DNA of 64,000 bases from Bdellovibrionales bacterium (lineage in GTDB: Bacteria > Bdellovibrionota > Bdellovibrionia > Bdellovibrionales > Bdellovibrionaceae): contig JANMPT010000110.1 in the NCBI GenBank assembly GCA_031370005.1, positions 120,500-184,499 on the forward strand, read 5' to 3'. The notes below the pieces were generated by a model. The model saw only the letters and a list, made by a program, of their open reading frames with translations. It made no database searches and had not been told where the DNA came from. Of this stretch, positions 38,710-48,811 are shown in pieces. The translations under genes were made by a program, and so were the position numbers. Each line of letters opens with the position of its first letter. Positions within the stretch are counted from its first letter, which is position 1.

Positions 38710-39321
38710 ATGTCTGATCTCAATACTTTTAGGAAATGGCTTCTAAAGTTTAGCTTTTTATTTTCACTATTGTTGGGAAGCAAGGCTTTTGCAGTGATGA
38801 ACTCTAGCACCACGACGTTGCAGAATCAGAAGCAGATAGCAATTTTAGCTGGAGGGTGTTTTTGGGGAATGGAAGAAGTTTTTCGGAAAGTTCCAGGGGT
38901 TATTAAAACTCAAGTCGGCTATGCGGGTGGAAAAATTGAAAATCCAAGCTACGAGCAGGTCAGTCAAGGCAATACAGGGCATGCTGAGTCTATTAAGATC
39001 GAGTTTGATCCTTCAAAAATCACTTACGCGGAGGTCTTGAAATTTTACTTCCGAATGCATGATCCAACCTCATTAAATCGTCAAGGCAATGATATTGGAA
39101 CGCAATATCGTTCGGAGATTTTTTATGTCAACGATACTCAAAAGCAAGTAGCCGAAAAGCTTATAAAGCTCGTGGATCAGTCAAAGAAATGGCCAAAACC
39201 AGTGGTGACCAAGATTGAGGCAGCAGGGAAATTTTTCCCGGCGGCGGAATATCATCAGAGGTATTTGCTGAAAAATCCGAATGGCTATAATGATCATTAT
39301 TTGAGAGATTTTAAGTTTTAG
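38710..39321 (+). CDS. msrA: Exported peptide-methionine (S)-S-oxide reductase, single-Cys
   Basis: AGGCFWG, GHAE, HDPT..RQGNDIGTQYRS, AEYHQRY; Sec signal ..SKAFA. Confidence 0.96.
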   Translation: MSDLNTFRKWLLKFSFLFSLLLGSKAFAVMNSSTTTLQNQKQIAILAGGCFWGMEEVFRKVPGVIKTQVGYAGGKIENPSYEQVSQGNTGHAESIKIEFDPSKITYAEVLKFYFRMHDPTSLNRQGNDIGTQYRSEIFYVNDTQKQVAEKLIKLVDQSKKWPKPVVTKIEAAGKFFPAAEYHQRYLLKNPNGYNDHYLRDFKF

Positions 39322-40457
39322 ATAAAGAAGGGCTCAAAACTGATGGGAGTGTCGTTTGATGGCGTCAAAAAATCAGGAGCATTTTGATCTGGAGGAACCA
39401 TGCAGTACAAACCATGGGGAATCTTCGCACAAACCCAATTTTGAGGTCGTTTATAGGTCAGTTCCTCGCGAGTTTGAGAATAAACTAAGAAGTCATTAGA
39501 TCGGGCGCGGTCATAGGCGGCCCAAAGCACGGATTCAAAGACGTCAGCATTATCAGCAAACAGATGGGTTAAATACTGGAATTGCAAAGCTTCTTCCAGT
39601 TGCAAGCGATAAGCTGGTTTAGTTAAAGGGCGCGTCCAACCAAAGAGTTTACCAAACTTCAAAAATTGGCGAAAATTATGAGCTTTCAGGGAGTAGTGAA
39701 GTGGAATAAATTCCTGAATCCCGTCAGACTTCCAAGGTGCACAGCAGCCAACAATATTGTTGTGGCGATCAAAAGCAATCAAAAAGTCCTCGATTTTAAG
39801 ACCACGCCAGCGCTGAAGTTGTTTGAAGAAGCTATAGGAATCCCAATAAGTCGCAAGATTTCGACCTCGGTTTTTCACAGACAGATAGTAAATCAAAGCT
39901 TCCGCATTTGTTGAAGATCCGTGACGGATTTGTACGTGTGGAAGAGGGTTCTTAGCCCACGGAAAACGACCATGAACGCTGACGAGATTAAAACGGCGAT
40001 AGTTATAGTAACGTGGTAAAAGTCTTTTAAAATTGCGGGGTCTGACAAAAGCATTAAAGGCTGAGGTCTCAGTCATATTAAGCGCACTAAAAAAATGTTG
40101 AACTCCATAGACATCGCTAACGTCCCGAAGTGTCGGTACAAAGTGATCGCCCCATTCAATAATTGCGCGACGATTACTGCTAACGCGAAGATCACGACCA
40201 AAAGCTACAGTTTTTTGCAAGCCCTCGATCATAACATTTTTGATAGTGAAGGAAGCCATGCCTTGAATTTGCTCTGTCTCATCTTTGAGTAAATAACTGC
40301 GAAAACGATCTGACTCAGTAGCGTAAGGCCCGAAAAAGTCCCCACGGCGATCCACTTTAAGGTCTAAGACCCCCTTCATTGGGAAGCCTTTATAGAACTC
40401 TAAAATTGCCTGGTTATCCGAGGGCTTTGCGACCTCAAGTCTCATTTTTGAGCTCAT
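39318..40457 (-). CDS. Hypothetical protein, probable tandem GNAT-fold acyltransferase
   Basis: GNAT-like strands (IQGMASFT, AFGRDLRV) repeated in a second half (IVGCCAPW); by eye only. Confidence 0.5.
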   Translation of the reverse strand: MSSKMRLEVAKPSDNQAILEFYKGFPMKGVLDLKVDRRGDFFGPYATESDRFRSYLLKDETEQIQGMASFTIKNVMIEGLQKTVAFGRDLRVSSNRRAIIEWGDHFVPTLRDVSDVYGVQHFFSALNMTETSAFNAFVRPRNFKRLLPRYYNYRRFNLVSVHGRFPWAKNPLPHVQIRHGSSTNAEALIYYLSVKNRGRNLATYWDSYSFFKQLQRWRGLKIEDFLIAFDRHNNIVGCCAPWKSDGIQEFIPLHYSLKAHNFRQFLKFGKLFGWTRPLTKPAYRLQLEEALQFQYLTHLFADNADVFESVLWAAYDRARSNDFLVYSQTREELTYKRPQNWVCAKIPHGLYCMVPPDQNAPDFLTPSNDTPISFEPFFI

Positions 40458-41020
40458 TGAGATTTTTTCCAGTGCACATCTTCAAAATGTGTTTTTAGAT
40501 TCACCCAACGAGCTGCAACAAATAAAAAATCACTGAGGCGATTTAAATACTGCAGGCAAGTTGCATAGCGTTCATCATTAACAACAACTTCGGCAGATCT
40601 CCGTTCGGATCTGCGGCATATTGTACGGGCCACATGCAGGTGCGCTGTAATTTCATGACCCGCTGGTAAAATAAAATTACGAAGGGCCGGAAGTTCCGCA
40701 GTCATTTCATCAATTTTTTGTTCCAAAGACTGAACATGGTGCTCTTCAATGGCGGGCAATTTTTGGAAGATAACTTTATCTGCACAAGCTAAGAGGCTGC
40801 CAAGGTTAAAAAGTTGATTTTGGATTTTTTCAAAAAAATGGTCTAAGGATTCTAGTTCGGGGAGTTTCTGTAGGCCAACGCGAACTACGCCTAAATATGA
40901 ATTCAGTTCATCCACGGTGCCATAGGCTTCGACGCGAGGGTTGAATTTTTCGACGCAGGAGCCATCGACTAAGCGGGTGGTCCCTTTATCACCTGTTTTT
41001 GTATAAATTTTTGCATTCAT
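40454..41020 (-). CDS. ATP:cob(I)alamin adenosyltransferase, PduO type
   Basis: KIYTKTGDKGTT, EAYGTVDELNS, FILPAG, RRSER and YLNRLSDFLF motifs. Confidence 0.95.
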   Translation of the reverse strand: MNAKIYTKTGDKGTTRLVDGSCVEKFNPRVEAYGTVDELNSYLGVVRVGLQKLPELESLDHFFEKIQNQLFNLGSLLACADKVIFQKLPAIEEHHVQSLEQKIDEMTAELPALRNFILPAGHEITAHLHVARTICRRSERRSAEVVVNDERYATCLQYLNRLSDFLFVAARWVNLKTHFEDVHWKKSQ

Positions 41021-41080
41021 AGTTCTCTCGCCCTAAACTTAGAGGTATCTTGGGTCCAGCATGACATTAAGGAGATTACA

Positions 41081-41890
41081 ATGCAACTTCCCCCTTACTC
41101 ACTCTTAGTGACGATTCCTCACTCCGGAGAAAAAGTGCCTGAGCAGGCAAGTTGGCTCAAGGCGCTTCCTGAAGAAATTCTCATGTGCGACGTGGATCGT
41201 TATGTGGACTATCTTTACGAGCCCAGTCTTCAAAAATTAAATCTTCCTTATGTGAAAACCGAATGGCATCGTTATGCAGGTGATCTCAATAGAATTCCCG
41301 AAGACGTTGATGCAGCTTCGGTCATCGGCAATGCAAACCCAGCGGGGACGCAGCGTCGCGGATTTTTGTGGGCTGTCACGACCCATAATTATCCGCTGAT
41401 ATCAAAACCAATTTCCGCGAAGACTCACCACGAGCTGGTAGAATTAATTTATGAACCTTTTCATGCTAGCGTGCAAAAAGTTTATGTAAATTATGAAAAA
41501 GGGGGCCGCACTAAAATTTTTCATATTGACGCCCATAGTATGCCCTCGGTGGGAACCAAAGAGCATCGCGACCCGGGTGAGCATCGTGCCGATATTGTGG
41601 TTAGCGACTGCCATGGCAAAAGTTGTGATCCAAAATTTCGCGATCTAGTGATTGCAGCTTATGCAATTGCTGGATTTAAAGTGGCATACAACTGGCCATA
41701 CTTTGGTGGACGAGTGAGTGAGCATTACGGCGCGCCCTTAAAGAATCATCATGCGATTCAAGTAGAGATGAGTCGCGAGTTATATATGGATGAGGTCACT
41801 AAGAAATTGAAGCCAGCAGAGGCCTCAAAAATTCAAGTTAAGTTGGAAACGGCTCTTGGCTATATTTGTAAACAGTTGTCTGATTTTTAG
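41081..41890 (+). CDS. N-formylglutamate amidohydrolase family protein
   Basis: IPHSG, DLNR, YEPFH, IDAHSMPS, NWPYFGG and HAIQVEMSRELY motifs. Confidence 0.9.
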   Translation: MQLPPYSLLVTIPHSGEKVPEQASWLKALPEEILMCDVDRYVDYLYEPSLQKLNLPYVKTEWHRYAGDLNRIPEDVDAASVIGNANPAGTQRRGFLWAVTTHNYPLISKPISAKTHHELVELIYEPFHASVQKVYVNYEKGGRTKIFHIDAHSMPSVGTKEHRDPGEHRADIVVSDCHGKSCDPKFRDLVIAAYAIAGFKVAYNWPYFGGRVSEHYGAPLKNHHAIQVEMSRELYMDEVTKKLKPAEASKIQVKLETALGYICKQLSDF

Positions 41891-41971
41891 ACTTTATACC
41901 CGAACTAACGAGGAGCGTTGAAGGCGATAAGATTAGCCCCCAGAGATAAGTTGGATTAAATATCTTACTTA

Positions 41972-43390
41972 ATGTCTCAAACTGTTGATGTTCTAAAGAA
42001 CTGGTTCCGACGAGTTATTAAAACTCTGGCTTCGTTAAAGCTTGCGGTTGTTGTCATCGCTGCAATCGCCTGTGTTATTGCGGTGGGAACCATCGTTGAG
42101 TCAAAGTACGACGCAATGGCGGCTAAAAAATTGGTCTATGAGACCTTCTGGATGTACACTGTCATGGGTGTACTAGCAATGAACCTGATTGCGGTGATGA
42201 TTGATCGTTGGCCTTGGCAAAGGCGTCATACTCCTTTTGTTTTTGCCCATATTGGTATTCTAATTTTAATGACGGGCGCAATTATTACTCAGAAATATGG
42301 CTTAGATGGATCTATTCGCGTAGGGATTGGGGAATCCAATCAGTATGTGATTGTTCCTGAAACAGATATTTTAGTTTATTCCTCCTTTGACGGCGATCGC
42401 TACACTAAGCTTGCTGAACAAAGTGTCGATTTTTTTACCAAACCACCGACAGCTCAAAAGCCACTTGTGGTGGCCGGCTACAATTCAGATGTCAAATTCA
42501 CTGAATACAAAGCTTATGTAATCCCTTCACGTAAGGTCGTGGCTCCGAAAGTGCCTAACGGACGCCGAGGCTCGGCCCTTCGCTTTCAAATTCAAAATGC
42601 TAATATTAAAGTTAATGTTATTGAATGGATGGTACAACGTCGTCCCAGCGAATTAGTGACCCATGATTTCGGCCCGGCCCGTCTTCATTTGGGGCCAGTT
42701 CCGGCAAAAGGACAGGGTGCTAATGAGATCTACTTCACTCCAGACGCTGCCAGGGGCGGTCTTAAATACGTTGTTTTTCAAAAAAACTCTGAGAAGCCAC
42801 TCAAGAGTGGTTTTGTAAAAGAAGGTGACGTTTTTAATCCAGGCTGGAAGATGCCAATTGAAGTCCGCGCCCTCAGATATTTGCCTGAAGCGGAGGAAGA
42901 GTGGGATCTGCAGGATCGGGAAAGCCCCACTCCGCTGACAACATCAGCTGTGAAGGTGGAGTTTAATGGCCAAGACCACTGGATGCTTTTAAATGATACA
43001 TTAAAGCTCTTCACTGAAGATGCTGTTTATATAGTGAGTTACGGAAATCGCCGTTTGGATCTTGGTTTTCCAATTAAGCTTGGAAACTTTGAGGTTGGTC
43101 GCTATCAAGGAACGGCGAAGGCAATGGCCTACAAGAGCAAGGTAGAGGTCCCTGGTCTGATAGGGCCTCAAGAGATTTCGATGAACGAGCCTCTAAAGTA
43201 CAGAGGCTATACGATTTATCAGGCGAGCTTTCAAGAAGATCCAAATACTCAAAAACCCACAGCCTCAATTTTTTCTGTAAATCAGGATCCTGGCCGATGG
43301 ATCAAGTATTTTGGGTCCTTAATTATAGTTCTTGGGATTATTATGTTGTTCTATTTTAGACAAAAAGCCAAAAAAGGAATTTCTACATGA
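41972..43390 (+). CDS. Cytochrome c biogenesis protein ResB/CcsB-like
   Basis: LASLKLAV..GTIVE, AHIGILI, ISMNEPLKYRGYTIYQASF, DPG then TM. Confidence 0.88.
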   Translation: MSQTVDVLKNWFRRVIKTLASLKLAVVVIAAIACVIAVGTIVESKYDAMAAKKLVYETFWMYTVMGVLAMNLIAVMIDRWPWQRRHTPFVFAHIGILILMTGAIITQKYGLDGSIRVGIGESNQYVIVPETDILVYSSFDGDRYTKLAEQSVDFFTKPPTAQKPLVVAGYNSDVKFTEYKAYVIPSRKVVAPKVPNGRRGSALRFQIQNANIKVNVIEWMVQRRPSELVTHDFGPARLHLGPVPAKGQGANEIYFTPDAARGGLKYVVFQKNSEKPLKSGFVKEGDVFNPGWKMPIEVRALRYLPEAEEEWDLQDRESPTPLTTSAVKVEFNGQDHWMLLNDTLKLFTEDAVYIVSYGNRRLDLGFPIKLGNFEVGRYQGTAKAMAYKSKVEVPGLIGPQEISMNEPLKYRGYTIYQASFQEDPNTQKPTASIFSVNQDPGRWIKYFGSLIIVLGIIMLFYFRQKAKKGIST

Positions 43391-45018
43391 GGCGTTTACA
43401 GGTCACACTCATACTTTTGTTGTCTCTACTTATTTATAAAGGTGCTTTTGCTGCTCCTGGTGAAGCAATGAGATACCTACCTGTGCAAGACGCGGGACGT
43501 ATTAAGCCCTATGACACCTTTGCAAAAGAAGTCCTTGAAATTGTCTACGGGAAGTCAAGCTTTGAGGGCCGTGGCGCCCCTGAGATTATTTTTACCTGGA
43601 TGCTCAGTCCATCGGCTTGGCAAGGCAAAAAAATATTTGAAGTTCGCAATCATGAGGTATTGAAGGCGCTAAATCTTTCAGCTGACCAAAGATACTTTAC
43701 TGGAGATGAACTTTTTGCCAATGAGCGTTTTCCAGTTCTTCAGCAAGAGCTTCAAGCGAAGCGCGAATCTAAGGAGAAGCTGACCCCTTACTTTCAAGCA
43801 CTTCAACGCCTTGAGAATCAGTTGGTGGTTTTTCGTGAGGTCGCTAGCGGTCAAATGCTTCGCTTGATTCCACCAAAAGAAGGCTCATCATGGCTTTCAG
43901 TTGCAGATTTTCAGGGAGAGCAGCAGTCTGCTTTTGGCGAAATGACCAAGGCTTTTATCGGGCACATTGGCGCAATTGCGCAAAGCCTGCCAGCAGAACA
44001 AGTCAATCAAGCCGCTCTCGCTCTGGATGTCAGTGTGCTTAAATTTCGCGAAGTTGCAAAAGCCAATAATCCCGAGCTCTACAGTCAAGATTCGAAAGTA
44101 AACCTTGAGGTTTTTTATAACCATTTTCATCCATTTCGTTGGGCCTATATCTTATATATGTTGGCGTCTTTGGTGATTTTGATTGTTTGGACCATGAATA
44201 AGCCGGGGCTTATGAAACTTGCGTGGGTTTTGGCCGGTGGAGGCTTTGCTTTACATACTTTTGGTTTTGTCATTCGGATGTATTTGATGGACCGAGCGCC
44301 AGTGACAAATATGTACGAGACCGTGGTGTGGATGTCGTGGGGGGCCGTAGTTTTTTCTGCTGTCTTGGAGATTATTTACAAGTATAGATTCATTTTCTTT
44401 GCTGGGACACTTGGAGCCACAGTGGCTTTAATTATTGCGGACTCAGCGCCGGCGGTTTTGGATCCATCTTTGCAGCCATTGGAGGCCGTACTTCGTAGCA
44501 ATTATTGGCTTACAATTCACGTCATGACCATCACCATTAGTTATGCGGCCTTCTTTTTGGCCTTTGTCTTGGGTGATATCGGACTTATTTATTATGTGAA
44601 GGGCGAGCAAAAACATAAAGAGAGAATTCAAGCTATTGCGACCTCTGTATACAGAGCAATGCAAATTGGTATTTGCTTTTTGGCTCCTGGAATTATTCTT
44701 GGGGGAATTTGGGCCGATTATAGTTGGGGTCGCTTCTGGGGTTGGGATCCAAAAGAGACTTGGGCTTTAATTGCTTTATTAGGTTATCTTGCGGTGCTTC
44801 ATGGTCGCCTTGGTGGATGGTTTAAAAATTTCGGTACAATCGCTGCTGGTGTAGTCACCTTTAGTCTTGTGATCATGGCTTGGTATGGAGTCAATTTTGT
44901 TCTTGGAGCCGGACTTCATTCGTATGGTTTTGGTGCTGGTGGAGTTGAATACGTCGTGGCCTTCGTCGTTGTACATTTTTTGCTTGTGATTTATGCATCC
45001 CTTGTGCGGAAGAAGTAG
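43387..45018 (+). CDS. ccsA: Cytochrome c synthase CcsA/ResC with an N-terminal periplasmic domain
   Basis: WWD motif GGIWADYSWGRFWGWDPKETW; LRSNYWLTIHV; GLHSYG; N-terminal GRIKPYDT. Confidence 0.93.
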   Translation: MRRLQVTLILLLSLLIYKGAFAAPGEAMRYLPVQDAGRIKPYDTFAKEVLEIVYGKSSFEGRGAPEIIFTWMLSPSAWQGKKIFEVRNHEVLKALNLSADQRYFTGDELFANERFPVLQQELQAKRESKEKLTPYFQALQRLENQLVVFREVASGQMLRLIPPKEGSSWLSVADFQGEQQSAFGEMTKAFIGHIGAIAQSLPAEQVNQAALALDVSVLKFREVAKANNPELYSQDSKVNLEVFYNHFHPFRWAYILYMLASLVILIVWTMNKPGLMKLAWVLAGGGFALHTFGFVIRMYLMDRAPVTNMYETVVWMSWGAVVFSAVLEIIYKYRFIFFAGTLGATVALIIADSAPAVLDPSLQPLEAVLRSNYWLTIHVMTITISYAAFFLAFVLGDIGLIYYVKGEQKHKERIQAIATSVYRAMQIGICFLAPGIILGGIWADYSWGRFWGWDPKETWALIALLGYLAVLHGRLGGWFKNFGTIAAGVVTFSLVIMAWYGVNFVLGAGLHSYGFGAGGVEYVVAFVVVHFLLVIYASLVRKK

Positions 45019-45173
45019 TCAGTTAAGTTTTTGAATTCCTATTAAGTTTGTAAAAAGAGTGTAGACAACGCCAGCATTCGGCCTTTAAATAGAAACCATC
45101 AAAAAAAAATATGATGAAAGCGGCTCTATTTTTTGTCGCGATTATCAATGCAATCATCAGGCAAAGGAAGATT

Positions 45174-45692
45174 ATGCATCGGGTATTTAGAACTTTTGCA
45201 GCAGTGGGGCTTCTTGCGTTGAGCCTTACGGGATGTAAATTTCAGCCAGGATGGGGTTACAACGAAGGATATGCGCCCGAACAGCCGCTTCCTTTCAGTC
45301 ACGAAACCCATGTTACTAAAAATCAGATTCAATGTCAGTATTGTCACAACCAGGTGGAAAGATCGAGACACTCAAATATTCCGGCCCTTTCAACTTGCAT
45401 GAACTGTCATCTTCAGGTGAAAACCGATAGTCCATATATTCAAAAACTGCGTGAAGCTTATGATAAGGGCGGATCTATTGAGTGGGTGCGGGTCCACATG
45501 CTTCCTGATTTTGTTGCGTTCAATCACTCAGCCCACATTGCAAAAGGTGTAAACTGCCAAACTTGTCATGGTGAAGTCGAAAAAATGGCTAAAATAATTC
45601 AAATTCAAGATCTTTCAATGGGATGGTGTATTAATTGTCACCGTCAACCAGAGTATAAGGCTCCTTTGAACTGTACAACTTGTCACCACTAG
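45174..45692 (+). CDS. actA: Alternative complex III pentaheme cytochrome c subunit
   Basis: Five CxxCH motifs; PEQPLPFSH, FNHSAH, MGWCINCH; lipobox LTGC. Start at ATG 45174. Confidence 0.92.
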   Translation: MHRVFRTFAAVGLLALSLTGCKFQPGWGYNEGYAPEQPLPFSHETHVTKNQIQCQYCHNQVERSRHSNIPALSTCMNCHLQVKTDSPYIQKLREAYDKGGSIEWVRVHMLPDFVAFNHSAHIAKGVNCQTCHGEVEKMAKIIQIQDLSMGWCINCHRQPEYKAPLNCTTCHH

Positions 45693-45709
45693 AGTTTGTG
45701 GAAGGTACT

Positions 45710-48700
45710 ATGTCTGAAAATAATCATCACGACCACGATCATACGCAAATCGAAAGAAACAATACTCATTGGCTTACCTTAGAGCATTACAATAATGATC
45801 CGGAGTTTATGAAAAAAGCCGAGACTGAGTTTCAATCCTCTCCACTTCGCGAAGGCGAAAGTGAAAATGAAAATGAAAGCGGTTGGGCGCGTCGCGAGTT
45901 TTTGAAATTAATGGGCGCCTCTTTGGCAATGTCTGCAGCTGGTTGTATCCGCAGACCCATTCAAAAAATTGTTCCCTATAACAAGCAACCTGAAGAAGTA
46001 ACTTTGGGAGAGGCAAATTATTATACCTCCTCCTATTTTGATGGCAATGAGGGGATCGGAGTTTTAGTAAAGACGCGCGAAGGTCGTCCAATTAAAATAG
46101 AGGGCAATCCGAAGTTTCCCTTGAACAGAGGAGGCGTGAGCGTGCGCGCACAGGCCTCTATTTTAAGTCTTTATGATCCAGAAAGGCTGCAGGGTCCAAA
46201 ATACAATATTTTCAATGAAAAGCGCAGCAACAAAGACACCGTTGGAATTAAGTGGGACGCCCTTGACGACAAAGTCGTTGCGCAACTGAAAAAAGGGAGT
46301 GCCGTAGTTTTGACCGGTAATATCGCGTCTCCTTCGACTCGGGCCGTGGTTTCGGACTTCGCTCAAGCATTCAAAGCAGATCATGTGTCATGGGAGCCCA
46401 TGGCGAATGAAGAAATTCGTGAAGGCCAAAAAGCCTGTTATGGTGAGGCGGTTGTCCCTCAGTACCACTTTGATAAGGCAAAAATAATTGTCTCTATAGA
46501 TGCTGATTTTTTGGGAACATGGTTGAGTCCAACGACGTTCACAGCTCAGTTTGGTGCTGGCCGTAGAGATCCTAAGAAAACATCTAAGCTAGTGTCTTTT
46601 GACTCTACCTATTCGCTCACTGGCGCAAATGCAGATATCCGTTTCAAGATTAAGCCTTCTCAGCAGCTTGATGTGGTGATGGGTTTAATCAATGCGCTTG
46701 TCGTGAACAAAGGCATTTCTTCTTACGCTAATAATGAAAAATTTAAAGACAGCCTTATATCTTATGCAAATACAGCGCAAAAGCTAGGAATTGAACCGGC
46801 GTTGTTTGCTAAAGTCGCAACGGACCTTTGGGAAAATAAGGGTCAATCACTTGTTGTGGCGGGTGGTTTGCAAACCTTGACCTCTCGTGCTCATGAACTG
46901 CAAATCGCCGTGAATTTTTTAAACAGCCTCTTGGAAAATGAGGGTAAAACTGTTGACGGTAAAAATGGCAACCCAGGGTTAAAGGCGTCTTATTCAGGGC
47001 TTGAAAGGCTCATTAAAGACATGAGCGCTGGCAAAGTTAAGACTTTGATCATCCATCGTGTGAACCCGGCGTACTCTACCCCTAAGGAGGCTGGCTTCAT
47101 TGAGGCTCTTAAAAAGGTGGATATGATTGTCTACACAGGGGACCGTATTGACGAGACTGGAGACCATGCAACCTATATGGCTCCAGATAATCATCCCTTG
47201 GAAACTTGGGGTGATGCGGAGTTTGCAAAAGATGTTTTTGCAATTCAACAGCCAGCAATTCGTCCGATGTATGACACGCGTTCATTTGAATTGTCTTTAA
47301 TGACTTGGGCTTATCTTGCGAATGTCGGTCCAAAACGTTTGATTACTTTTGAAACATATTACGATTACTTGAGAAATTTCTGGAAAGAAGAAATCCAACC
47401 TAAAGTTGCTAAGTCTAAAGTTTTTGAAAATTTCTGGTCTGAGGTCCTTCAAAATGGTTATGTTGGTGATTTTGACAAGACTTCTTCGCCGCGTTCATTT
47501 AAGTCAGAGGCTTTCAGTTTTATAAAGCCTGCAAGTAGCAGCACAGGTTTTGAGTTAGCACTTTATCCAACAATTCAAAATGGCGATGGCTCTAGTGCCA
47601 ATAACTCTTGGCAACAAGAGCTTCCGGATCCAGTAACTAAAATTGTTTGGGACAACTATGTCTGTGTTTCTATTGCTACGGCAGAAAAACACCATTTGAA
47701 AGAGTCCACGCTTGTCGAACTTAAGGCTGGCGATAAAAAAGTTGAACTTCCCGTTCATATTCAACCAGGTCTTCATGACGAAGTCTTAGCTGTAGCGGTT
47801 GGTTACGGTCGCACTAAGGCGGGTAAAGTCGCTAATGGTGTGGGACAGAATATGTACGAGTTTGCTGGCTTTAATGGTGGTCCCGTATTTGCGGGACAAG
47901 CCGTGAGTCTCACAAAGACCTCTAAGAAGTATAACTTGGCCTGTGTTGCCGGTAATAATTCTATGGAAGGTCGTCTAATCGTGGCAGAAACTACGCTCAA
48001 AGACTATATGAAGAATGAGCATGCGGGGGTACGCAGGCATAAAACCTGGAGTATTTGGTCTGGTCATCAGTACAATGGTCACAAGTGGGGTATGTCTGTT
48101 GATTTGAACACCTGTACAGGTTGTTCTGCATGTATGACGGCCTGCCAGTCCGAGAATAATATCACTGTTGTGGGCAAAACTTATGTTCTTCAAGGGCGTG
48201 AAATGCATTGGATGCGTGTCGATAGGTATTATGTCGGCAATCCAGCGGATGCCTTAGCTGTGTTTCAGCCAGTCATGTGTCAACATTGCGACAATGCTCC
48301 TTGTGAAACGGTTTGTCCTGTTTTGGCAACTGTTCATAGTGATGAAGGCTTGAATGAAATGGTCTACAATCGTTGCGTGGGCACTCGTTATTGTTCAAAT
48401 AATTGTCCATATAAGGTGCGTCGCTTCAATTGGTTTAATTATGCGAAATTAATTGAAAAGCCAATGCACATGGCTCTGAATCCAGACGTGACGGTTCGTA
48501 CTCGCGGGGTTATGGAAAAATGTACCTTCTGTGTTCACAAGATTAAAGAAGCTAAAAACCAAGCGAAGTTGCAGGATCGAAAACTTAAAGATGGTGACGT
48601 CAAAACGGCTTGCCAAACGGCTTGTCCAACACAGGCGATTATATTTGGTGATTTGAATGATCCAGAAAGCCAAGTGGCTAAGATCTTCAAGGATGAGCCT

Positions 48701-48811
48701 CGTTCCTACGCACTGCTTGAAGAGTGGAACGCGGCTCCGTCTGTTCGTTATCTTTCTAAAGTCCGCAACAATGATAAAGAAACTATAGATGCTGAGAAAG
48801 GTGGGCACTAA
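45710..48811 (+). CDS. actB: Alternative complex III subunit B (molybdopterin-oxidoreductase-like fused to Fe-S domain; Tat-exported)
   Basis: ARREFLK Tat motif with [16 protein letters not shown]; Fe-S motifs [29 protein letters not shown]. Confidence 0.94.
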   Translation: MSENNHHDHDHTQIERNNTHWLTLEHYNNDPEFMKKAETEFQSSPLREGESENENESGWARREFLKLMGASLAMSAAGCIRRPIQKIVPYNKQPEEVTLGEANYYTSSYFDGNEGIGVLVKTREGRPIKIEGNPKFPLNRGGVSVRAQASILSLYDPERLQGPKYNIFNEKRSNKDTVGIKWDALDDKVVAQLKKGSAVVLTGNIASPSTRAVVSDFAQAFKADHVSWEPMANEEIREGQKACYGEAVVPQYHFDKAKIIVSIDADFLGTWLSPTTFTAQFGAGRRDPKKTSKLVSFDSTYSLTGANADIRFKIKPSQQLDVVMGLINALVVNKGISSYANNEKFKDSLISYANTAQKLGIEPALFAKVATDLWENKGQSLVVAGGLQTLTSRAHELQIAVNFLNSLLENEGKTVDGKNGNPGLKASYSGLERLIKDMSAGKVKTLIIHRVNPAYSTPKEAGFIEALKKVDMIVYTGDRIDETGDHATYMAPDNHPLETWGDAEFAKDVFAIQQPAIRPMYDTRSFELSLMTWAYLANVGPKRLITFETYYDYLRNFWKEEIQPKVAKSKVFENFWSEVLQNGYVGDFDKTSSPRSFKSEAFSFIKPASSSTGFELALYPTIQNGDGSSANNSWQQELPDPVTKIVWDNYVCVSIATAEKHHLKESTLVELKAGDKKVELPVHIQPGLHDEVLAVAVGYGRTKAGKVANGVGQNMYEFAGFNGGPVFAGQAVSLTKTSKKYNLACVAGNNSMEGRLIVAETTLKDYMKNEHAGVRRHKTWSIWSGHQYNGHKWGMSVDLNTCTGCSACMTACQSENNITVVGKTYVLQGREMHWMRVDRYYVGNPADALAVFQPVMCQHCDNAPCETVCPVLATVHSDEGLNEMVYNRCVGTRYCSNNCPYKVRRFNWFNYAKLIEKPMHMALNPDVTVRTRGVMEKCTFCVHKIKEAKNQAKLQDRKLKDGDVKTACQTACPTQAIIFGDLNDPESQVAKIFKDEPRSYALLEEWNAAPSVRYLSKVRNNDKETIDAEKGGH

